64,000 bases of DNA from an uncultured Planctomycetaceae bacterium (GTDB taxonomy: Bacteria > Planctomycetota > Planctomycetia > Planctomycetales > Planctomycetaceae), in NCBI GenBank assembly GCA_963815195.1, contig CAWFGE010000012.1:128001-192000 (forward strand), read 5' to 3'. Made by a program: the position numbers and the translations under genes. Below the pieces are notes generated by a model. The model made no database searches. It was not told the DNA's origin and saw only the letters and a list, made by a program, of their open reading frames with translations. Position 1 is the stretch's first letter. Every line of letters begins with the position of its first letter. Shown piece after piece: positions 22,401-33,946 of the stretch.

Positions 22401-25400
22401 AGGTCGCTGGTTTCGGCGGTTTGGGCTGGGCCTGTTTGAGGCGATCCAAAAACTGCCGATCCACATAGACCAACGGGCCGGGTTTTGGTCCCTGGGGATC
22501 TTGGACGGGAATCATCACATGAAACTTCAAAGGCGGCTCTTGGGCCGGGAGCGGGCGATCGGCGAGGGACGGAGACGTTTCTTGTCCGTAGATTTGCCGG
22601 GCCGGTGAAGCCCCCGCCCACAGCCACCACGAGAATCCCAAGAGCCCCAACACGAATACGGACATGCCGTGTTGATGATGAAACGTCGCGGTGCTGTCCT
22701 GCGAAATGGCTTCCGCCGGCGGCTCGGGCGATCGCTTGAGAAACCGCCGGGGAAACAAAAACGCAAGACACGTTCCCGAAAAACAGCCTCCCGCCAGCAT
22801 CGCCCAGGGCATCGGCAAGAGGCCCGCTGCCAACAAGCTCGCCAGAAACCACACCAGCCCCACCTGCCGGCGATGACGGTAGTTCGCAATCCGCAAAGCG
22901 AACCCGGCCATCAAGCTGCCCAGCAAAACGATCCAGCCCCACCGGTCGGCGGCGCTTTGTTCCCAAAGGGGAAGAGTCAACCGGTCGCCGGCGCGGGGGC
23001 CTTGGGCTTCATAAATCGTCCACCCGGCCGGGAAGAAATCGTCCGAGGCCGATGTCTCCGCCGCAGGTCCGGCCGCGGGCTCGGAGACAAACAGCCGCTG
23101 CCAGGAGTCGCCGTTCCAGGGCAAAAACGGAACCGACGTGCCTCGCCCCAAGGGGCCGAACAGTCGCGTCGTCCAATGCGAAGCGGGCATGGGGGTGACG
23201 AGACTGGTTCCCTCGGGAACGTCCGCAAGCCGCAAGTTGGGGGACAGGCCGATCAGCCAGCGAAATTCCAGCAGCCTCGTATCGGCTTGTGGAATCGGAA
23301 CGCCGCACGTCCACCGCATCGCGGCCGGTTCGGAGGGGACTTCGTAATCGACTTCCACAACGTTCGTCTGGTCGGGCGGCAGATAGGGAATGCTCCGCTG
23401 GTCTCCGCCTTGCCGGGGAATGACGGGCTCGCCGTTCACGCGGACTTCGATCAACTCCGCCTCCTGGGGCAAGCGGAAGGCGAAGGGAAAATGCTGGCTG
23501 CGCGGTTCGAGCGCGAAGCGGGCCCGGTGCCCATTCGCGCGGCCGAATTCCTCGATCCGCGAAGCGAGCGAGAGCCGGGCCAAAACGGGTTCGGCGGGAG
23601 CGGAATCGCGGGAAATCGCCACCGCCAAGACCGCCTCGGGCAATCGATATTTCCAGCGTTTGAAAAGCCGCGGCCGCGCGGTTTCCCGCTCCTCCATCGG
23701 CGTTTCTTGAAGCTGCGACTCCGTCACATCCAGGCCGACGCCGGGCAGAGCACCCAGTTCGATGGCCCCCTGAAACTCTTGAGCGGTCGGCAACTGAGGC
23801 AACGCGAGGTTTTGCTGCGGCTTGATGGGCAGTTCCCGCCGGGCCGTCAACCGGAACGGCTTGACCTGCGGCATCGGCAGGTGGAGGATCCAGGGGCGTT
23901 TTTCCGGCGGCTCCCGTCCCGCGGACTCGGGCGGAGAAATCGCGGCCGCCGCTTGTCCCGCCGGCTCGATCTGCCAGTTCCATCCATCGCCCGCGGCGAA
24001 TCCCCGCAAAGTGATTTGATCGACCGGCGAATCCAGCGGCTGGATCGAAAACTCCAGCGTCTCCGCCAGGGTTTGCTCTGTCACCATCGCCTGAACGAGC
24101 ACCGAGGCATCAAACGGCGGTTCGATGCTGTGCAGCGTGAGTTGCCCGGACGCGGACGAGTCGCTGGGCGCGGCATAAAAAAACTCGGCCGGAGCTTGGC
24201 CGTTGGCGGGTTTTGCCTGCGGAGCGAGGCTGCTGCTTCTGGCAAACTCGGGAAGGTTCCCAACGGTCTTTTGAACGATTCCCGAAGCGTCCTCGATCGC
24301 CAGGCTGCTCCCTTTCGGCAGAAAGGCCGCAAGAAACTGTTCCACAGACCGGCACGACAGCGGCCGCACCGACGACAGCGACAGCGATTGGCCGGGCGAC
24401 ATCGGCAGCCGGCGGGCCAGAATCTGCACGCGCTTTCCCTGCATCGGCGTCAAGGCTTCCAGAAACTCAATCGTCAGCCGGGGCGTTCCAACGCTTTCGG
24501 ACAGACGCCAATCGGAAATCACGGGCAGCGACGATTCGCTCACGCGGCGGACATCCAGAATCTCCCAGCCCGGCAGGACTTCGCAACTCGCCACGAACCG
24601 CGAACCCGCCTGGCAGGTCCAGGCAATCTCCGAACGCATTTGCCATTCTTCCGTTTCGGTCGCGAGTTGATTGACGACCTGAGCGGACATGGAAAAACGC
24701 GGCGTGCCGATGTAGGCCGTGAACTCGGCCTCCGCCGCGATTTGAGAAAACGTCAGCGTCTCCCGCTGGTCGGGCTTCACGGAAATCGCGGTCTGCCGGT
24801 AGCCTTGGGCATCGTAAGTGCGGAGTTCCAAGGGGGCTTCGATCGTCAGGTAAACTTCGCCCCGCAAGAGCGACGCCTGCCGGCAGGTCACTTGGGGCAG
24901 TTTCCAGGCCCGTCCCGATTGCACCCGCGCCAGACCTTGGATGCGAATCGGCCGGCTTTCGCCGACGAGCGGGTCCGGCAATTGAATCACGAGGCGCTGC
25001 TGCTGGTTCCCGCCGGACTTGACCTGCCAGCCCAAGCTCGCATCCCCGCCGTAGGTCACGGCGTAAACGCGAATGGTCCGCGGCACCTGAAACGAGATTT
25101 CCGTAATCGGAGCAAACGCGACCTTGAGATCGTACCGGGCCTCGACTTGCAGCTCCCGATCCCGCACGACGTAGGAGGTGTCCGCCTCGGCGAGGACCAG
25201 GGGCTTCGCGGGACCCCCGGGCTTTTTGCGGGACAAGCTCAATTTCGATGCGTGCTCGCTTCCCAAGGAAATCCGCCACAACCCGAACGCCGAGACCTCG
25301 GAAATCGGAAGCCCTGAAAAGCGATCTTCCGCCCGGATCGGCGAAGGCCCCTTGACATGCCCGGCGGACGCGGCGAGTTCCCAGTCAAGGGGCAAGAGCA

Positions 25401-26003
25401 ATTCGAGTTCGCTCACCGTGGCCGGGACCAGACTGAGATCGAACTCGGTGCGTTCGGCGAATCGGCGGGCGGGGGCGCTCCATTCCCCGTGAAGCTCCAG
25501 CGTCTTGGCCCCGGCCGATCCCGGCAGGACCAAAAGCGTCTCGCCTGCCGACGTGCTGCCCCAGGTCGCGTTTTCCGGCGCACCGTCCTGGTCCGCCCAT
25601 GTCAGCGACGACAAAGCCAGGTTGGAATGATCCCACGGAAACAGCAATCGCCGGCCGCCGACGCGCTGAATCCTCGCCAAAAATCTCCCCTGAAGTTTCT
25701 CGCCGGTGAACACCGCCTGATAGCGGATGCGTCGCAGGACCGCCTCGGAGGGCGCGGGCGGAGGCGGCGTCAGTCCCTCGACAAGCCGCCGGTATTCCTT
25801 CCGGTCCACAACTTGCCAGTCGCCTTCGGGCCAGAGTTCGGGCTGGTTCGCCGGGACGAAAAGCTCCCGGATCTCGGCCTCGGAGAGCCGCGGGCCGGTG
25901 TTTGTGTTTTCCGCAGGCGCGGAGTCTCGGCGCGGGCAAGATTTCCCGCGAGCGCCGCGAACAACACGACCCATCGCCACCGCTCGATCGGCCCCGCCAT
26001 CAT
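19460..26003 (-). CDS. Giant (about 2180 aa) secreted/membrane hypothetical protein; frameshifts near 25920 and 19730
   Basis: 2121-aa ORF, signal peptide in ORF 25770-26003, C-terminal TM bundle in ORF 19460-20158; internal TM cluster; beta-rich repeats. Confidence 0.75.
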
Positions 26004-29000
26004 TCCGGCTTCTCCGAGATGGAGGAACCGATCAATTCGGGGGCCGAACTGTCGCCGGTCGACGGGCGCGAACCGCGGTGCTGCGTGGCAGACGAGCCGG
26101 GATGGGCCGCGGGCAATTGCCGAACCGCGGTGGGATCTTCCGAGCCGATGGGCTGGGCATAAGGCGACGCGGACGAGGGATGAAAATCACTCGGGCTGGG
26201 CATCGCGACCACGGTCGCTTGCCGCCGGCGATTGAAGGACCCGTCGATCGCCACGGCAACAATCGCCAGCAGCAACCCCAAGGCCGCGGGCTGAAGCAGC
26301 AACTGCATCGGGGCCGCGTACCAGATCCCGCACACCGCGAAGGCAAACACCGCCAACAGCACCGTCAACACGTTTCGCGTGGCGGGGATTTTGAGCAGCA
26401 GCACGCCGCCAAACAATGCCAATCCCGCTCCGAACAGCACCACGATCGAACGGTTCATTGAAGAAAACCGCAGCGCCGGCGGGTTTCCAAAACACCTGAA
26501 CCGGTAAGTGTTTCCCTCGTAGGCGAACGGGTCGGCGTCCTCGGCGGCGGAACGATCCAGCCATTCGTCCAACTCGGCGGACGATTGCTTCGGCGTCCGC
26601 TGCCAAAACACGCCTTGGTGGGTCCAGGAGAATTCCGGCGTAAATCCGTCCGGCAGTGTGAACAGGTGCTGATCCACCGGCAGCGTGACGTCCCAGATCG
26701 TTTTATCGATCCAGACCTCGCCGGGAAACGCGGGCATCGCCAAGCCGAAGTCCTGGCTCCATTCGAGGGCCGCGGGTTTCTTGGTGTGAAACTCGACCAT
26801 GAGCAAATGGCCCTTGATCCCGGCCGGTGAAATGTCCTTTGCCGGGAGGTCCAAACGGTAGGTCCCGGACGCTGGCTGCACTTCCGCGTACTGTTTCTCG
26901 TCCAACTCCACGCCGTCCCAGTGAAAACCTTCGGGAACCAGCTCTTCCGGAGGTAGCGAGATCAACACATAGTCCATCTCCGGCCGGAGTTGATAGTAGG
27001 CCTGCGTATAAACCTGCCCGTTGGGCAAAACCGCGCTTTTCACGAGGGATTTGGGGATTTTCAGGTTTTGAATGTCGATGTCCGTGCGGGGCGTCCAGGC
27101 GATGGACAGCGTCTCGCCCACGTTGTTCGTGGTCCACGTTTCCTCTGAATCCCGCTCCGGACTGATCGTCCATTGGGGCGATTCGACGGTGAGATCCGCC
27201 TGGTAATCCGCCGCGAATTCCAATCGCCCGGTGACATCGTTGGCATCGCTCGCGCGGACCAGCGGCAGCTCGAGTTGGTGCCGATTGTGGGACGACCCGG
27301 GAACCGTGTAGTGGGCCAGGATCTCAAACTCATTTAGCCGGGGCTCCGGCAGAGTCAGCCGGGCCTGCCGGGAGTTCTCGACCTTGAGGCCCGTCCATTC
27401 GAAGTGCAGGGGGACGAGTCCCAGTGTGAACTCCACGTTGCTCGGAAACGAGTCCGGCACCATCACCCGCAGTTGGGAGATCGGTTCATATTGCACATCG
27501 TAAAGCAAATGCTGGTGGACTTCGATCTGGTCGTCTTCGAGCGTCACCCGAACCTGGGTTTCGCAGCGGATGGATTGGGGATGCGTGACCAACTGGACCA
27601 GAAAATCGTGCGCGTCGGAACGCACGAGAAAACCCGTTTGCCGTTTGCCGCGGATGTCGCTCATGCGGGGCTCTTTCAAGAGGCGTTCCACCTCTTCCGC
27701 CAAGGTCGCGGAAAGCGGCTGCGTGGTGGTGTCGTCCGTGGGGAGCAGCGTGGACTCCACGCTTTCCTGATTCGTCACCACGACCACCGACCGCACCGGA
27801 TTCGACGCGATCACGCGCGGCAAGGTCAGCGGAAACGCCTCCGCCATCGTGTTGTCCACGTTGCGGTTCGCCCGCAACAAGAGCCTGAGCGGCGACGAGC
27901 CCTGGCTGATCCTTTTGGCGAATTGAAACGTGATCCGCCCCGTCGCGGCGTCGCTTTCGATCATTTCCACCAGGCCCGGAAGCTCGGCCCTGTCGATCGT
28001 CCAGCCCTGTTCCTCAAACCGCGGCCAATCGATTTCCAACGACTGCAACACGCCCCGGTAAACCTCCAGTTCCAGGTCGGCGAGCATCTCGATCCGCTTC
28101 TCGCCCATCCTCAGAAAAATCTGAGGCCGGACCGAATACGACGGCACGATCTTCTGCAAATCGAGCACGAGTTGAAACGGCTGCTGCTGGAATTGATACG
28201 CGCTCGAGATCGGCCCCGGTCCCAAAAGTTCCTTGACGTTCGTGCGATAGACATCGGTGGCCGACCGCTTGACGATCCGGTAGCCGTCGAAGGCGACGAT
28301 CGCGATCACGCCGGATTGCCGAAGCGTGTCGCTGACATTGAAGCCTTCCACCATCAGCTTTCCCGACGCGGGCCACGGCGCTTGCAACAGCCAATCCAAC
28401 CGCGTCCGATTGGTGGTGGCGGCGGGAAGAGAGATCTTCACCGGTTCGGGCGCCTGCGGGAACGAATCCAGCGTCCGGTACCGCTCGCCGTCCACTTTGA
28501 GCTCCACCACCGAAAACCCGGCGGGCAAGGTAACCTCGAACTCTTTCATGCTGCCTTGCAGCGGCTCCACCAACTGCCGGGCTTTGAGCAGGATCGATTC
28601 TTCCGTCGGCTCGACGCGGATTTCGGTTTCCGCCTGGAGCAGCGTTTTGACCTGCCGGGAATCCGGGAGCGCCCGCCAGCCCAGGTCCAGGCGTTTGCCC
28701 AGGCGGACGACTTCCACCTCCGTCGCGTCTTCCCCGGCCGGCTTGGTTTTTTGAAGTCCGGCCGCCGTCGGCTCCAGCGAAAGCTGCTCCTGCGGAATGG
28801 GCAGGGTGAGTTTTAAATAACTGCTCGCCGCCGAGGGCACGGCCAGCTGCAGCCGCCGGACGCCCGAAACCTTCCGCACATCCACGAGCATGTCCATCGT
28901 GAGCTTATGCTCGCCTTGTCCCCGGAACCACCACACCAACCCCGTCCGCCGATCGAAACGTCCAAACCGGGATTGTCCCGCCGGCTTCGTCTTGCGGCCG

Positions 29001-29452
29001 GCATTCGCGGGGGGCGTAAATTCATGCTGGAATTTCAGCATGCTCGCTTCGTTCAGCTCCAAAGGCACCTCCACCCAGCCGGTCTCGTCGGTGATCTGCA
29101 CCGTGATCGACACCGAAACCGCGGCCTCTTCGTCGCTCGCGGTTCCCTCGATCGTCACATCCGAAAACGCATACGCCGGCCGTTCCACAAACTGGGCTTG
29201 CTTTTCCTTGAGCTTCAAAAGCTCATCGTACTCGGCCCGGGGCACTTGAATCCAACCCGCCGTGTTGGCGACGCGCGGGGCAGTCTTTTCCGCTGCTGTT
29301 TGGCCGGAATTCGGCCTGGCCGGCGGATGAGGCGTCTTCTGCAAAGTCGCCATCGGCGGCTCTTGCGCCCCGGCGGGCGAATAGCTCAACAGACACGCGA
29401 TCAGCGCGGGCAGCAGCACATGCCGGAATCTATCGATGGAGCGGGAAAGCAT
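26000..29452 (-). CDS. Large (about 1150 aa) hypothetical protein with signal peptide and three C-terminal TMs
   Basis: MLSRSIDRFRHVLLPALIACLL signal peptide; stop overlaps next start. Confidence 0.8.
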   Translation of the reverse strand: MLSRSIDRFRHVLLPALIACLLSYSPAGAQEPPMATLQKTPHPPARPNSGQTAAEKTAPRVANTAGWIQVPRAEYDELLKLKEKQAQFVERPAYAFSDVTIEGTASDEEAAVSVSITVQITDETGWVEVPLELNEASMLKFQHEFTPPANAGRKTKPAGQSRFGRFDRRTGLVWWFRGQGEHKLTMDMLVDVRKVSGVRRLQLAVPSAASSYLKLTLPIPQEQLSLEPTAAGLQKTKPAGEDATEVEVVRLGKRLDLGWRALPDSRQVKTLLQAETEIRVEPTEESILLKARQLVEPLQGSMKEFEVTLPAGFSVVELKVDGERYRTLDSFPQAPEPVKISLPAATTNRTRLDWLLQAPWPASGKLMVEGFNVSDTLRQSGVIAIVAFDGYRIVKRSATDVYRTNVKELLGPGPISSAYQFQQQPFQLVLDLQKIVPSYSVRPQIFLRMGEKRIEMLADLELEVYRGVLQSLEIDWPRFEEQGWTIDRAELPGLVEMIESDAATGRITFQFAKRISQGSSPLRLLLRANRNVDNTMAEAFPLTLPRVIASNPVRSVVVVTNQESVESTLLPTDDTTTQPLSATLAEEVERLLKEPRMSDIRGKRQTGFLVRSDAHDFLVQLVTHPQSIRCETQVRVTLEDDQIEVHQHLLYDVQYEPISQLRVMVPDSFPSNVEFTLGLVPLHFEWTGLKVENSRQARLTLPEPRLNEFEILAHYTVPGSSHNRHQLELPLVRASDANDVTGRLEFAADYQADLTVESPQWTISPERDSEETWTTNNVGETLSIAWTPRTDIDIQNLKIPKSLVKSAVLPNGQVYTQAYYQLRPEMDYVLISLPPEELVPEGFHWDGVELDEKQYAEVQPASGTYRLDLPAKDISPAGIKGHLLMVEFHTKKPAALEWSQDFGLAMPAFPGEVWIDKTIWDVTLPVDQHLFTLPDGFTPEFSWTHQGVFWQRTPKQSSAELDEWLDRSAAEDADPFAYEGNTYRFRCFGNPPALRFSSMNRSIVVLFGAGLALFGGVLLLKIPATRNVLTVLLAVFAFAVCGIWYAAPMQLLLQPAALGLLLAIVAVAIDGSFNRRRQATVVAMPSPSDFHPSSASPYAQPIGSEDPTAVRQLPAAHPGSSATQHRGSRPSTGDSSAPELIGSSISEKPE

Positions 29453-29598
29453 CGGGCCTGACACGGGAGATGGAAAACAGAGAAGGGAGAGTTGTGGAAA
29501 TCGGATTGCAGAGATCGGGCCGATACGCAAACCTCTTCTGCTATCATACCCGACCGTGGATGCCGGAGAAAGCAGGAATCTCGGTTTGTTCGCCGGCT

Positions 29599-30372
29599 TC
29601 AGCGCATCAGCCCGCACAGTTCTTGATGCAGCGAAGTTCCGTTGCTCGCCAGTATTTCGGGTTGATCCACCGAAAACGGGCTGTTGTCCAATCGCGACAC
29701 GCGGCCGCCGGCTTCTTCGACCAGGAGCGCTCCCGCGGCCATGTCCCAGGGCTTCAAGCTGCTGGACCAATACACATCGATCCGCCCGCAGGCGACATAC
29801 GCCAAATTGAGCGCCGCCGAGCCCGTCCGCTGTAAACTCTGGGCCGCGGGCAGCACGGCCAAGAACCGGGCCACCGCCGGGTCGTCCTTTTTCGTGGCGA
29901 CCGGCAGACTCGCGACGGCCATCGCGCTTTTCAGGGAGCCCGCGTCGGTGGGGGCGATCGGGTCCCCGTTGAGCTTCGCCCCCTCGCCTTTCACCGCAGT
30001 GAACATCTCATTCCGGTTAGGATCGTAAACCACGCCGACGATCAGCTTCCCGTCGGATTCCAAGGCGATGGACACCCCATAATAGGGGAAGCGATGCACA
30101 TAGTTCGAGGTGCCGTCCAAGGGATCGATGATCCAGCGGAAAGGCGAATCCTCGCGGGGCTGGTTGAGTCCTTCTTCTCCCAAGTAGCCGTGATCGGGAA
30201 AACGCCCGCTGATGATTCTGTAGATGGCGTCCTGCGAGGCGAAGTCCGCCTCGGTCACCAGATTGGACCGGCTCTTCTCGCTGACGGTGAACCGCGATCC
30301 CCAATCCTCGAGCACCTCGCCCGCTTTTCTCGCGGCCTCTTCGGCCGTTTTCAAGAATTCCGTTTCTCCCAC
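29599..30372 (-). CDS. suhB: Inositol monophosphatase family protein
   Basis: LGEE, WIIDPLDGTSNY, GSAALNLAYVACG, PWDMAAG. Confidence 0.93.
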   Translation of the reverse strand: MGETEFLKTAEEAARKAGEVLEDWGSRFTVSEKSRSNLVTEADFASQDAIYRIISGRFPDHGYLGEEGLNQPREDSPFRWIIDPLDGTSNYVHRFPYYGVSIALESDGKLIVGVVYDPNRNEMFTAVKGEGAKLNGDPIAPTDAGSLKSAMAVASLPVATKKDDPAVARFLAVLPAAQSLQRTGSAALNLAYVACGRIDVYWSSSLKPWDMAAGALLVEEAGGRVSRLDNSPFSVDQPEILASNGTSLHQELCGLMR

Positions 30373-30581
30373 GCTCGCTCCACTCCTTGATGGGGCTATC
30401 GGCTGAAAGTCCTTTGTCCCATTCGCACTTTTTCAGTATTCAAATCATTCAATCTCAAAGGTTCTCTGTGGGGCAGTTTGGCAAAGCGGGAGGCGACCGT
30501 CAACATCTCGCCGGGGGACTTTCCGAAAGAAACGCTTTTCCCTGAGAGAACGATTGGACATAATCGAAGAAAGGGGCATAG

Positions 30582-30682
30582 GCCGCAAAGGAGCAAAGGC
30601 CACAAAGCGAAGAGGAAAGCCGGAAACGCCTTTCTGCATGTTTTCCCTTTGCCCCTTTGTGGCCTTTGTGGCCTTTGTGGCC
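30582..30682. repeat. Inverted 9-mer array (GCCACAAAG / CTTTGTGGC x3)
   Basis: ggccacaaag ... ctttgtggcctttgtggcctttgtggcc. Confidence 0.7.
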
Positions 30683-30703
30683 TCTAAAAAAAGGAGTCCC
30701 TGC

Positions 30704-33346
30704 GTGGATCTCGATTCTCGTTACGAGTTATTGGAAAAAATCGGCAGCGGCAGCTTTGCCAAGGTGTACCGCGCCCGCGACCGCGAACTCGGCCGGGAAG
30801 TGGCCGTCAAACAGATCCACGAACAATACCTGGACGATCCCGCCCAGCTCGACCGCTTCTGGCAGGAAGCCCAGCTTCTCGCTTCGCTCAGCCACCCCAA
30901 CATCGTCACGATCTACGATCTGCACCGCGACCGCGGCTGGGTGATTATGGAGCTTATGCAGGCCAGCCTCGCCGAGCGGTTCGAAAACCGGCAGATGCCG
31001 ATCTCCTCGATCCGCACCACGTTGGCCCACGGGCTCCGGGCGCTCAAATATCTGCATGCGCGGGGCATCGTGCACGGCGACATCAAACCCTCGAATCTGA
31101 TGATCGACTCCCGCCGGCGAATCAAGATCGGCGACTTCGGCCTCGCCCGCCGGGTCAGCGACGAAGACGGCAGCCTCATCAAAGGCACCACGAAATACAT
31201 GGCCCCCGAAGTCGTCTCCGAGGAGTTCGGCGAGATCGGCCCCGCGAGCGATCTGTATTCCCTGGGCTTCTGCGCTTACGAACTGATGTGCGGCCCCAAC
31301 TTCGAAACGCTGTTTCCCGGCCTGAGCGCCTTCGGCCGCAACAAGCAGATCGCCTGGATGATGTGGCACGCCGCCGCCGACCGCAAACTCCCGCCCGTCG
31401 CCCGCGTGTTGGAAGGCGTGCCCGAAGACCTGGCGGCCGTCATCGAAAAGCTGATCGATAAAGACCAGGCCGCGCGGTATCGCACCGCGGACCAGGCCCT
31501 CGCGGATTTGAAGGTCGATCTGAAAGTCGTCAAGTCGGACGATCCCGACGAACTCGAAGCCGAGGAAGACGCCCAGGACCAGGCCCGCAAGAAACGCCTG
31601 GTTTTCGCGGGCGGGGCGCTGGCGTTTTCGCTGGTGCTGTCTTTGGTGCTCTTGTTTTCGGGAGGCTCGCAGCCCCCCGAACCGCCCAAGAAACTCGTCC
31701 GGCTGGTGATGGAAGTTTTCCCCAAAGAGAACAAGCTCAAAGTCGAAGACCTCGACCGCACGTACGCCAAGGAGATCGCGCTCGGCGACGATCCGCGGAT
31801 CTTTTTGACCAACTCCCAAAAGAACATCGTGCCCCGCGAAATCCAGCCCGGCGACCGCATCGAAATCGAGCAAGCCCAGGATGACCGGGGAAAAACCCGG
31901 CTGGTGATCACGGTTTCCCGGCCGATCACCAATCACGGCGTCGTCAAAGACATCGATCGGCCGCACCGCCGCATCGTCGTTGCCGTCAACGAGGGCAGCC
32001 TGCGGGAAGATTTAACTCTCCGCGTCCCCGAACACGCGGAAATCAAGACCCAGGCCGCGGGCCAATCCCAAACCGGGCATCTGCGAGATTTGAACCTGGG
32101 CGATGAAGTCACGGTGACCCATTTCGACGAACTGGGCGACAAGCCGGGCCGATTCGTGGTGCGGCTGTCGGTGCTCAAAGTCGAAGACGGCGTGGGCTTC
32201 GTGGCGGAGGTCGATCCCCAAAAACGCACGCTCACGATTACCTCGGGCCTCAATCAAAACGATAAAAAACGCCTGCGCGTCGCGGAGGGTTGCGAGATGA
32301 CATTGGCCGGCACTCCCATCACGCTCGCCGATCTCAAACCCAAAGACCGGGTGCGTTTCCGCTTTGACACCGAGTTCCGCAAAATCCTCGTGCTCCGTGA
32401 CCAGACGCTGTCCGAGGCCGTCGTGGATGATGTCCGTCTCGACGAGCGGCAGTTGCAAGTCTCCGACGCCCAGGGCCAGATGCGTACGTTTCACATTCCC
32501 GCCGGCTGCGAAATCACCCTGCGAAATGAACCCGCCTCCTTAGCCGATTTGCGGAAGTACGACACGCTCGACCTCACCTGGCACGAGTCCGAAACCCTGC
32601 CCGCGGCCAGCAGCGTTTATGGGCTGAGCCGGAGGGTCGACGAACAGCGGGCGGCCCTGCTCATCGGCATCGAGAAGTACGACGACCCCGCTTTGACCCG
32701 GCTGTCGTTTCCCGTTGCCAACATCGAACTGCTCCGCAAAACGCTCGTGGACCGCTACGCCTTCAACCCGGACCGCATCGAAATCCTCACCAACCCCGAC
32801 CGCACGCAGCTTCGCGCGGACGTGGAACAATTCCTGAGCGGGCAGGGCCGAAGCACGCAGGTCATCGTGTATCTCTGCGGCCACGTGTACCGCATCCCCG
32901 GTGAGCATTACGTCATCGCGGCGAAGCATTTTGAATGGGACCGCCGGGCCGAGACCGGCGTGCCGATCGATTGGCTCGTCCAGGCGATGGAAAACTGCCC
33001 CTCCCAAAACAAACTGCTGCTCTTGGACACCTGCCATCCGGGGCTGGGCGCGGACTCGATGTCCGAACCCTCGCCCGAAACCGTGCTGGCGAGCCTCAAA
33101 CAGCCTCCCAAAACCACGACCATCATCGGCAACTGCGAAAACGGGGAACGCGGGTTTCTCGTCAACGAGGAACAATACAGCCTCTTCGCCCACGAAGTCG
33201 CCAAGGGCTTCGGCGGCCCGGCCGACGCCGACCGCGATCTGATGATCCGCCCCGCGGAGCTTTATCGCTACCTCAAGTCGGCCCTCAAAAACGCCAAAAT
33301 CCCCGGCGGCAAAACCCAAACGCCTTACCGGTTGGGCGGCGAATGA
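30704..33346 (+). CDS. Ser/Thr protein kinase - TM - beta repeats - caspase (peptidase C14) fusion
   Basis: IGSGSFAKV, VAVK, HGDIKPSN, DFG, YMAPE; TM LVFAGGALAFSLVLSLVLLF; C-terminal ALLIGIEKY, VYLCGH, LLLLDTCH. Confidence 0.88.
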   Translation: MDLDSRYELLEKIGSGSFAKVYRARDRELGREVAVKQIHEQYLDDPAQLDRFWQEAQLLASLSHPNIVTIYDLHRDRGWVIMELMQASLAERFENRQMPISSIRTTLAHGLRALKYLHARGIVHGDIKPSNLMIDSRRRIKIGDFGLARRVSDEDGSLIKGTTKYMAPEVVSEEFGEIGPASDLYSLGFCAYELMCGPNFETLFPGLSAFGRNKQIAWMMWHAAADRKLPPVARVLEGVPEDLAAVIEKLIDKDQAARYRTADQALADLKVDLKVVKSDDPDELEAEEDAQDQARKKRLVFAGGALAFSLVLSLVLLFSGGSQPPEPPKKLVRLVMEVFPKENKLKVEDLDRTYAKEIALGDDPRIFLTNSQKNIVPREIQPGDRIEIEQAQDDRGKTRLVITVSRPITNHGVVKDIDRPHRRIVVAVNEGSLREDLTLRVPEHAEIKTQAAGQSQTGHLRDLNLGDEVTVTHFDELGDKPGRFVVRLSVLKVEDGVGFVAEVDPQKRTLTITSGLNQNDKKRLRVAEGCEMTLAGTPITLADLKPKDRVRFRFDTEFRKILVLRDQTLSEAVVDDVRLDERQLQVSDAQGQMRTFHIPAGCEITLRNEPASLADLRKYDTLDLTWHESETLPAASSVYGLSRRVDEQRAALLIGIEKYDDPALTRLSFPVANIELLRKTLVDRYAFNPDRIEILTNPDRTQLRADVEQFLSGQGRSTQVIVYLCGHVYRIPGEHYVIAAKHFEWDRRAETGVPIDWLVQAMENCPSQNKLLLLDTCHPGLGADSMSEPSPETVLASLKQPPKTTTIIGNCENGERGFLVNEEQYSLFAHEVAKGFGGPADADRDLMIRPAELYRYLKSALKNAKIPGGKTQTPYRLGGE

Positions 33347-33445
33347 CCCACGGATGCGACACCGCGCAATGGTTCGTCGAGCCGGCGTTTGGGCCTGTCT
33401 CTCTCGCTTTTCTCTCCATTTTTTCACGATTTGCCCACATGGAAA

Positions 33446-33473
33446 TTGCCTTTCGCGACGAAAGATGTATAAT
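33446..33473 (+). promoter_or_regulatory. Putative sigma70 promoter
   Basis: TTGCCT-N16-TATAAT about 85 bp upstream of the 33557 ORF. Confidence 0.55.
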
Positions 33474-33556
33474 TATGTTCAGTTAGGGGTGATTGCGGGG
33501 ATTGGGCTCCGCGGCCCTGTGTCGCATCTTTCGGTCTTTGTTTGGGAGGATGAATT

Positions 33557-33928
33557 GTGGAAGCGACCATCCGATTGGCGGGAGGCAACCGCCTGGTGAA
33601 AGTGGAAGGCGAAACGGCGAAAGACCTGTTCGAGAACATGGCCATGGCCTATGAGGTGTTCAATGAGACCGCCTGCGGCTTGTGCGGGTCCACGAACATT
33701 CGGCCCGTGCATCGCGTGGCCGACAAGTACCACTTTTACGAATACCATTGCCAGGAGCCCGGCTGTTGGGCCCGCCTGAGTTTGGGCCAACTCAACGACA
33801 ACCACGGGGCCTTGTTCCCCGTCCGCAAGCTGATGGGCAACGGCAAACCGAGCTTCAAGCACGGCGACTACGGCCCCCACCAAGGCTGGACGAAATACAA
33901 AGGCGAACCCGCGGCCAAAGCGTCGTAG
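33557..33928 (+). CDS. Small zinc-ribbon hypothetical protein
   Basis: CGLC and CQEPGC pairs; GGAGG RBS before GTG. Confidence 0.75.
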   Translation: MEATIRLAGGNRLVKVEGETAKDLFENMAMAYEVFNETACGLCGSTNIRPVHRVADKYHFYEYHCQEPGCWARLSLGQLNDNHGALFPVRKLMGNGKPSFKHGDYGPHQGWTKYKGEPAAKAS

Positions 33929-33946
33929 CTTCTTGAGGGAGTCCCG

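Noticed and set aside
22669..25317. 882-aa + strand ORF and other long antisense ORFs (e.g. 8486-9949, 20521-22167, 27404-28816)
   Set aside because: Shadow ORFs of GC-rich genes on the opposite strand with no recognisable motifs
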